Assembly: GCA_028355015.1 (NCBI GenBank)
Contig: JAOMRN010000003.1
Span: forward strand, 151,740-215,739
Direction: 5' to 3'
Source: Methanobacteriota archaeon
GTDB taxonomy: Archaea > Thermoplasmatota > Poseidoniia > Poseidoniales > Thalassarchaeaceae
Length of the DNA stretch: 64,000 nucleotides
Shown here: positions 47,274 through 56,300 of the stretch, in pieces
Layout: each line of letters opens with the position of its first letter
Numbering within the stretch: the first letter of the stretch is position 1
Made by a program: the position numbers and the translations under genes
The notes under the pieces: model-generated
What the model saw: only the letters and a program-made list of their open reading frames with translations
Databases searched by the model: none
What the model was told of the DNA's origin: nothing

Positions 47274-50237
47274 GTGCAAGAGTCAAGGAATGTTCAACGG
47301 CGCGTCAAAACCGCGCAAATTGCTCTATTCTTAGCGTTATTAATGATGGCGCCTATTTATTCGGGTCAAACTTACGGTTCGGAGCTCGAAGAAACATATT
47401 CTGAACGCAATAATGTCGATGCGCCTATTGAACTTTACACACTATATTTAGCATCAGCCGACTCCACTACTGACGGCGACGGTTTGATTACAACAAAGAT
47501 TCCTGATTCAGGAGGCCAAGAAACATCGAGCGCTCTGGATGAAACAATAGAATTTATCAGTCAAGAGTTGTTATCTTCGATTGAAATATTTGGTAGACCC
47601 AATCAAGGTTCTAGTTCAGGTAGTTATTACTTGCCTTTAGATCTATTTTTGAAAGCAGTAGGGCCAAGTGGTTCATCAGTTGAGTGGACGATTAATATTA
47701 GAGCCGGTGGTTCATCAATAGGGCAGGCGGAATGGAGTACTGATGCCTGCAATACTGGAATTGGAAATAGTTGTAACTTTGATCATGAGGAGTTTGAAAT
47801 TGATATCGGTTCTAGTAGCTCATTTATGGTGCTTGAAGATGAGACTATTGAAGTAACAATTTCTGCAGAGATGTCCGGTTGTGACAGCAGTGGTAGCCCG
47901 TTCGGTAGTACATGTACGGCTGAAGTTGCTTGGAACGAGATAGATGGCGAGGCGACTCGCCATTCAGAAATAGAAGTTGAGACCAATGCCATTTCGAATA
48001 GCATAGTGGTATTACAGAGAGATGGGGACGAGATTTCAGAAGGTCCTGAGTTAGAATGGTACCCTAATGATATAATCGATCAAAGATCAATGCAGTTTAC
48101 ATTTGACGTCAAAAGTGCATTTGGAAGATATGACATTGATAGTGTGAGGTTATTACTCCGTGATTCCCAAGGCATCTATCGGATAGATAGAGAAATAAGT
48201 AATGATGACCCTGATATCGATGATACAAATGAAGGTATATTCGGGCATTATTCATGGACTTATCCAGGAGGAGTGCCGTCTGGCGAATATTCAGTTGAGT
48301 TAGAAGTTACTGACATTCAGGGTAATTTAGTATTAATTGATCATGAACCTGTTGAAATGCGTCAATTTGGAGTTTCCATTAATCACGGTCTAGATAGACA
48401 AACTGAATATATAGCACCTGGTGAAATCACTCCTATCCCTTTGCAATTAGTTCATAGGGGTGATTCAACTAAGTCTATGTTAGTCGAACTCGAAGTAATG
48501 ACTAATTTGGGTAGTTCTTGGTTGGTAGAGTTTGATTCAGACTCTAGTCTATATTCATTAGATGCCGGAGGGGATATACTAAATCCAATCTTAACCTTAC
48601 AAGCTCCTGATGATCTGACTGGTACCCCAAGTAGTATTGACATTAGAGCAGTCGCAGAGGCCGAGGTAGAAGGTGTCCAAACAGTAGTTCACCAAGAAAC
48701 TTTTAACATTATTTTAGAAAAAATAGGTGTTTTCCAACCCCCTGCTGTCTCTGTTTGGGATGAAGAACATGGTCTTCCAATTGCCAACTCTACTAGGCCA
48801 GATAGTGTTGACTACACAATACCAAGGTATGTAGAGTATGGGGAATTTACGCCCTTTTTACTTGAAATTTTTAATACTGGTTTTGATGCCGATGAATTCC
48901 GAATAGATGTTCTAAAACGTTCTAAATCAATCATTCAAGTCTATGATAACAATACAGGAGAAAGAATTCTCGAAGACGTAGGTGATGGTACATTCCATTC
49001 TTCTTATTTGGAACGTCATGATACGCAAGTATTGTTACTTAATATCAAGCCATCTAATGATCGTGCTGATGATGATTTAGGATTAATTGAAATTGAAGTA
49101 ACTAGTTCCGGAAATTCATCTCTAAGGAGTACTGTATTGTTCACTATACAGAGAACCTTTGGAATAAGGGCTGAAGTTACTTATGATTGCGACGGTTCTC
49201 CTCTTGGGCAGATAGAAGTATCTCAATGCTCCCCTGGTGACGATAATGCAGTTGTTGATTTACGTGCTAGAATAATTAGTAGTGCTAATTCGGGTGATAC
49301 GGCGCTTTGGTGGCGAATTCAAAACCCTGCTACTTTAGAAGAAAATCTCGATATTGATTCTAGATATGGGCAGTGGCAGTTTAGAATCGAAGATGGTAAT
49401 CAAGAAGCTGTCCCTCGTGTTTCATTAAGTCCTGGGGGATTCGTTGAAGTCGACGTAACTGTGACACTGACAACTCAGGTCGTGCAAGGTAATCATACTA
49501 TTTACCTTAGGATAATAGAGGATACAGAGGATTCCGAACCACGATATTTTGATTTACCTATGACATTTGAAATTGGTCCTGATTCCCCTAATTTAGAGAT
49601 TGTTCAGGTTACTGCAGATAGAAAACTACTCCCTGGCGAGGATTATTCTATCCAAATGAAAGTACAAAACGATGGGAATACTGAAATGACAATTCTTCTT
49701 GATGCTGAAGTTGATGAACCCGGTTGGGAAGTTTCTATTGAGGGCCCTTCAGGCTCAACTTTCATTCAATTAGCCGCATTTGAAGAAGTGAGTTTCAATC
49801 TGAAAGTAACAGTCCCTTCTGATGCGAATAATGGTGATAAAGTTCCTGTTTTAGTTACTGCAATGCCTCTTGCTTATGTTATCGACGGAACTTTAGATAC
49901 AAGCCAGAGTTGGGGTGATGAATATACTGCTAAGCAGACAGTCCAAATGACAGTAGATTTAGGTAATGTGGTAGACATAATTGTCAATGAACTGAGTCAT
50001 CCAAGGCCGCTAACTTTGATCATGCTACTCGTGGGCGTTTTGTTGATCATTGCTGGAATTCAGAGCAACATGAATCGCCGTAGATGGGCGAGTCACATGG
50101 CATTAATTGATTCTATGAATAAGGATGAATCTGATGACGAAGATGACGACATGGGGTCAATTTCTGAACCTGTAGAGGCGGTTGAAGAGTCCTATGATTC
50201 TGATCGTTATGATGACGACGATATCGAACTAGTCTGA
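47274..50237 (+). CDS. Large acidic cell-surface protein with Ig-like (NEW3/CARDB-like) domains and C-terminal TM anchor
   Basis: Signal-like N-terminus from GTG 47274 (TTTAA about 28 nt upstream); repeated N.G...D/ W.V / L.V..P..A..G motifs; TM then very acidic tail. Confidence 0.75.
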   Translation: MQESRNVQRRVKTAQIALFLALLMMAPIYSGQTYGSELEETYSERNNVDAPIELYTLYLASADSTTDGDGLITTKIPDSGGQETSSALDETIEFISQELLSSIEIFGRPNQGSSSGSYYLPLDLFLKAVGPSGSSVEWTINIRAGGSSIGQAEWSTDACNTGIGNSCNFDHEEFEIDIGSSSSFMVLEDETIEVTISAEMSGCDSSGSPFGSTCTAEVAWNEIDGEATRHSEIEVETNAISNSIVVLQRDGDEISEGPELEWYPNDIIDQRSMQFTFDVKSAFGRYDIDSVRLLLRDSQGIYRIDREISNDDPDIDDTNEGIFGHYSWTYPGGVPSGEYSVELEVTDIQGNLVLIDHEPVEMRQFGVSINHGLDRQTEYIAPGEITPIPLQLVHRGDSTKSMLVELEVMTNLGSSWLVEFDSDSSLYSLDAGGDILNPILTLQAPDDLTGTPSSIDIRAVAEAEVEGVQTVVHQETFNIILEKIGVFQPPAVSVWDEEHGLPIANSTRPDSVDYTIPRYVEYGEFTPFLLEIFNTGFDADEFRIDVLKRSKSIIQVYDNNTGERILEDVGDGTFHSSYLERHDTQVLLLNIKPSNDRADDDLGLIEIEVTSSGNSSLRSTVLFTIQRTFGIRAEVTYDCDGSPLGQIEVSQCSPGDDNAVVDLRARIISSANSGDTALWWRIQNPATLEENLDIDSRYGQWQFRIEDGNQEAVPRVSLSPGGFVEVDVTVTLTTQVVQGNHTIYLRIIEDTEDSEPRYFDLPMTFEIGPDSPNLEIVQVTADRKLLPGEDYSIQMKVQNDGNTEMTILLDAEVDEPGWEVSIEGPSGSTFIQLAAFEEVSFNLKVTVPSDANNGDKVPVLVTAMPLAYVIDGTLDTSQSWGDEYTAKQTVQMTVDLGNVVDIIVNELSHPRPLTLIMLLVGVLLIIAGIQSNMNRRRWASHMALIDSMNKDESDDEDDDMGSISEPVEAVEESYDSDRYDDDDIELV

Positions 50238-50304
50238 ATTTTCTTTTTTAGTCGTCCGAACTACGCTCCATTCTTCTTAAGACCCCCATTAAACGCCACA
50301 GGTA

Positions 50305-53300
50305 TTGGAGAGGAGTAGTTTGCGGGTTGTATCTGTTAATTTTACTGATAGAATATTACTCCGCAAACGTCGCTCAGCGATTTTATTCACTTCAATTATG
50401 CTACTGGCTTCTTATTCTGCTATTGAGTTTGGGAGCTGGGAAGCCCTTGCTACTAGTGATGACGATGGAGACGGATTGACATACGGTCTAGAATTCATAA
50501 TCAATACACAACCACAGGATTGGGATAGTGACAACGACGGCCTCCCTGATGGGTGGGAATGGCAATATGGATTAGATCCGTTATCTCCTTCTGGAATTAA
50601 TGGATCAGTAGGTGACCCTGATTCTGATGCTTATACTAATCTAAATGAGTACTTGTATGGTATGCCAACAGGTTGGGATGATTTATCCACTGCAAATGTT
50701 TTGGATAATGGTGTTTGGTGGAATGGCACTGTGCCTGTTAGGAATTGGGATGAAGAAAGCGCTATGCAATTTTCACAGGGCACAGGTTCAGATGGTGCTG
50801 ATGAAGATCCAGTAGGAAATATTTGTTTCAATACTTTCGACGATGATAAAGATGGCTTAGTGGATAACTTCGACCCCGATGGTGATGGAGATGCAGACTG
50901 TTCAAGTGATGATGATGACGGTGATGGCCAAATAGACGAAGATCCAGATGGTTGGGATACAGATGGTGACGGTATGCCTGATGGTTGGGAAGTCGCAAAT
51001 GGTTTAGATCCAACTTCTGCTTCAAATTTAGATGGAACTTATGGTGACCCAGATGGAGATGGATTAATCAATTTATATGAATATGTTAATCCTACTTGGG
51101 GTACAAGAAATGGTTCGACAACTCCTCCGACTCAATATTTCCGCCCTGGTCCAGAAAACATGACTGCTACAGAATCTCCCTGTAATCCCGTTCTAGGGTT
51201 GGGTCCTGGAGGTTGTGCGATATTCACCGCCGAAGTCGACTCAATAACCCAAACGGATCCTCAGAATAACGATACTGATGGCGATGGGCTGAATGACTCT
51301 TACGAAGCATTAATTTTGCTAACGGATCCAACTGCTATCGATACAGATGGAGATGGCGTTAATGATGGTGTTGAAGTAAATGGGGCATATGGTGATCCTG
51401 CACAGGCTTCTGATCCAAGGAATAACAATACTGATGGCGATCAGTTTGATGATGGTGAAGAGGATATTAATGGCAATGGCATTGTTGATGCTAACGAAAC
51501 AGATCCAACCCGTGTTGAAGATCAAGGTGACTTTGATGGCGATGGTATTGATAATTGGGAAGAAAATTTGACTTGTACCAAATGGGATGTTGCTGATACT
51601 GACGGAGGTGGAGTTAATGATGGCGATGAATCTGCTATAGGTCATCAAACAGACCCATGCGTCAGTGAAATAATCATAGTTAAATCAGTAGTTAATTGGA
51701 ACCCTGCTTCATCAACCATTCAATTAAATTCTTCATTGGATCTTGATTTATCTCCCTCGGATTGGAGAGAAGAATTATCTCCAAATGCTGGACTTAAGCC
51801 GATGGCATACTTTGAGTTGAGTAATGGAAGCACAGTAGGTTTCCGTTACTCATCAGTAAATCTCGATACCTTAACTGACGTAGATGTGCCAATGCCTGCA
51901 ACAACCGTTGCAATTTTATTTTCAAATAACTCCTGGTGCTGGGACACCTCCGTACCTCTCAGCGAACCACACTGTGATGATGATTTCCTTGATTCAGATG
52001 GTGATGGCTTGGCTGACTGGGAAGAAATTCTAGCTACGTGGGGTTATGCTACTGATCCTAGCCTGTTTGATACTGATGGCGATGGAGTAGATGATCTAAC
52101 AGAAATATTCAATGAGACCGACCCTACTAATCCTTGCAGCAATCTCCTAGATACCGACGAAGATGGTTTGAACAATTATTTCGAGAATTCTACTGGTTGT
52201 GATTTAATCTTTGGTTTTGGAGGAAATGGGACTACTGATACTTACTTCACTCTATGGGATGATGCAGATACCGATGATGGTGGTGTAACTGATGGTCAAG
52301 AGTATCTCGATGGAACAAACCCTCAGAATAATTCTGCGGATGATCTTAATCCAATGGACTCTGATGGTGATGGTATACCAGACACGATTGAGCAAGCAAT
52401 TGGACTTGATTGGTTAAATCCAGATACTGATGGAGGGGGAGTTCCAGACGGTCAGGAATGCGGTCCTGATTTCTGGATTCTAAATTGTGTAGGGTCCGAT
52501 AGTGACCCTTTTGATCCTGCGGATGATATCGATGCGAATATGTTGATGTTCACTGCTACTAATAGTACTAGCGTAGACCTAGGGTTGCTTAGATACTGGA
52601 GATGGCACACATACGACACATATACTGGTATTTCTTTCGGTGTAAATACAAGTCTTGTAGGATATAGACCAGTGGGGGATAGCAATGAAAATGGATTTAC
52701 CCAAGGCGTTTCCCATATTTCTTTTTGGAATGACTCTGAACTTGATGACTGGGTCATAGAATATATGGATAGTGGAATACAGCCAGGTGATGAATTAATT
52801 GTACCCTACAATACAGTCAATTGGACTTCTTGGAGTGACTTCAGTGCTGGATTAAATTTTTCCAATTATACTAGAGATGTATTAGTTGATCAAGCAACAG
52901 TAGATTCTGTATTCATTAGTTCTCCAGATATCTTTTTCGGCCCCGAAATTCGCGAAAATACTACAATATTCTTTGGTAGTGATTATGCCAAGGATCTACC
53001 ACAGTCTTACATTGACAGACATAGTTCAGTCCCTAATTCTATTACACAAGCAGTACTGAGTGACTCTGGCGCATTTTCTGCATGGGAAAAAGTCGAAGCC
53101 ATACAAGATTTCTTGATTAATGGTAATAATACTACTACTTTTTTGCGAAATAATGACCCTGCAATTCTTGATGGTTTTGAATCAGAATCAGATGGTGATA
53201 TTACTTATGTCATCTTGAACAATACTAATGAAGGTAGTTGTGATCAATTCGCAACAGTTTTTGCAGTTATGCTTCGGCATGCTGGTTTCGCATCTAGAAA

Positions 53301-56300
53301 AGTCACTGGATTCTCAGGTGGCGAATGGAATGGTAAATCATACGAGGTTTACGGAAGTGATTTTACTACTTGGGTAGAAGTACAAATGCAAACCAATCAG
53401 AATCAGGGTAATGTTACGTTAGGATGGGTTCCATTTGAAGCGTGCCCACCACAAGCACTTGTTGAAGTAACTGATGAACAATGGGGCCCTTCAACATTTG
53501 ATAGAGATTTAACAAGCGGTGATATCTGGCTCAATGGTACATTACAATTCGTAGATAATGCTACTTTGGCAGAAAACGTTAGTATAACTCTATACCTTGT
53601 CCCTGGAAATGATACTAATTTAGTCCCTGGTTCTGCTGCCAAACCGATGCATCTAGTTGCAAATGGTTCAACAGATGCAAATGGCAGTTTTTCATTATTA
53701 GGTAAACCTTTTGATGCAATTAATCCCGGATATGGCGCTTTAGTATTACAAATTTTCGAGAAAGCTTATGTTGGTTCACAAGGAATTTCTTTTGATTGGA
53801 GATTAAACATTACTGATGATGCGAATACCTCATTCAGCTCCCCACCCCCAATAGAGCAACCGATGTTAGGAGTTGGTGTTAATTCGAGTGTTTCAGGTTA
53901 TTTAAATCTAGAAAATTCTCCTTATCCGGATGTTTCTCAAATTGATAGTCTCCAAGTAGTTTTGAACTACACTACAGTATCTGATGGGCCAGTAAGTATG
54001 ATCTCGAATATTGGTACAGGTGGATATTATGATTTCAATATACCTATTTCTGATACAGAGCCTTTAGGTTTGATTAATGCTTCAATTTCATTCCTTGGAT
54101 GGCATGAAGACGATCTAAATAATGCAACTAATCCTAGTTATCACATCAGGCCATATTCTGATAGTTTTATGTTCAATATTACTCCTGCTCCTAATCTTAC
54201 CTTGACTTTGGAGGGTATTGATGCTAACAACACATTTTTGGACATAGATTCACCCATATTCATCAATGGGACTGCTTTGAGTATTGGAAATACTCCTGAA
54301 GAATTAAATGGAACTCTTTTCCTTCAGATTAGAAGAAGTTCAACTAATGGTCCATATCAGACAATAAAGTCATGGTATCTTAACGATTCTAATTGGACAA
54401 CCTCTCCTGGTCAGTTCAACATAAGTTGGATATTTTCAGCGAGTGATGTCCCTATACCTGCTGGTCCTGTAGAAGTAAAGTTCCAGTTTGATGCAGAGGG
54501 TCTTTTCGCTAATGATCAAGTGAGTTACTTGACAGAATATGGGATAAGGAGTAATATCAGTGTATCTTATGATTTAGTCCCTCAATCTAGAGGTAATCAA
54601 GCATCAGTAGAAATTACCCTTACAGATCACACAAATACTTCTCTAGGGAATTTTATTGGCAGCTATGTCCTAGACTTTAATGGTACTTCAGTTTGGAATA
54701 TTACTGACCCAGATATACCTAAGATAACTCCTGTTTGGGTTCCTGAAGCAACCGCTCCTGCTGGAGATTACTCTTGGGTGTTGAACTTTTCAGGCAGTAC
54801 TTGGCTGAATCCATTTACTATTGTTGATGTAGTTAGGATTCAAGGGCAATCAGGTTCTACTGTGAATATAGGCAGTGAATGGACACCTAGAGGTACTTCT
54901 AACTGGGTCACAGGTTTCGCACAAGATAGAAACCTCCAAACTCCTGTAATAGGTAACAATTCATCGGTGTCAGTTCAAATTTTAGTTCCTTCAGATTTGC
55001 CTCCACTACCTGATGGTAGTCCACCTCCTGATGTATCGATTAGACTTGGTGGCGGCTTTATTGATACTTTAACAGGGGAATACAATATCTCGTTTTTCAT
55101 GCCAGAATACGTTTCTTCGGGTGTTTATGAGTTACGTGTATTCCTTGATTATGCAGTCAATGCTCCTGTTGGTGGAGAATATTACAAAGTTTCTGATGCA
55201 GATAGTATTTCTGTAGGTATCCAAACAGAAATGATTGTTGAAAACTCTCCATCTTCCTTAATCGTAGTAGCCGGTCAAAGTTTGATACTTAATGCTACAA
55301 TCACAGACATTGCGGATGGGTCTCCCATTCCAGATATTTCTGCAGATTTGATCTTTGATTCAGGCGGTCCATTAGAGCAAACTCTTGAGACTAACATAAC
55401 TTTCACGGATGGGATAGTCCGTTACAACCCTATAATTCCTGCAAATACTCCACCTGGTTATTACAATCTTTTAGTTTCAGCTCCTGATGATATATCTGAT
55501 AACTTAACTGCAGATAATGCTGGCCGCTGGCTTGGGAATGAAAGTTTATCTAATTTAACAGTCCAAGTATCTAGCCTGATTGATTTAAATCCATTATCTA
55601 CTGAGGTAGCAGCAGGCTCAGTATTTACTGTTTCAGGACAGGTACTGGATGCCGTAGACTCGAATCGAACAGTCGATGGGCCAATGGCTGTAGAGGTATT
55701 TTTCTTGAATGACCCTAGTGAAACTCTTATCACAAATTTTGTTACTACAATTAATGGTAGTTTCAATATAACAGTTCCAACAGATCCTTTGGGGGATGGT
55801 GTCAGTAGTGGGATAAAGACAGTCGTAGTCAGTGTAATAGAAGATAGTAGCCCATTCTATCTTACAGGAACCGGGAATGATACTATCTTAGTCAGAGGGA
55901 TTACAACATTCAGAGACAAGACTCCTTTACTCAACGTGGTAGTCGATAGAGGTACTAATGTGACATTGGGTGCGAGATTAGTAGAATCGAGTAATGACGA
56001 TTTAGCGTTAGAAGGATTAGATGTTTCTGCAGAATTCCATGATACATGGCTGAACGAAGTGACTTCTAATTCTCAAGGGCTAGTAAATTTCACATTCTTT
56101 ATCCCTAATGACCACCCATTAGGGCAAATAGATGTATTAATGTACTTTAATGGTTCAAGTACTTTGTACAATACTTTGACTCTAATATCTACAATTACTG
56201 TACGTTCTCCAACATTTATTACAGTTGATAATATCACAGATAATCCAGCCGCAGGAGAATCATTTAATGTCACCGGGACTTTAACTTCAAATAATGGGAG

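Noticed and set aside
50455..52530. Repeated GATGGTGATGG-like DNA as a CRISPR or tandem DNA repeat
   Set aside because: Explained by Asp/Gly codons of protein repeats; no constant repeat-spacer period and no cas genes.
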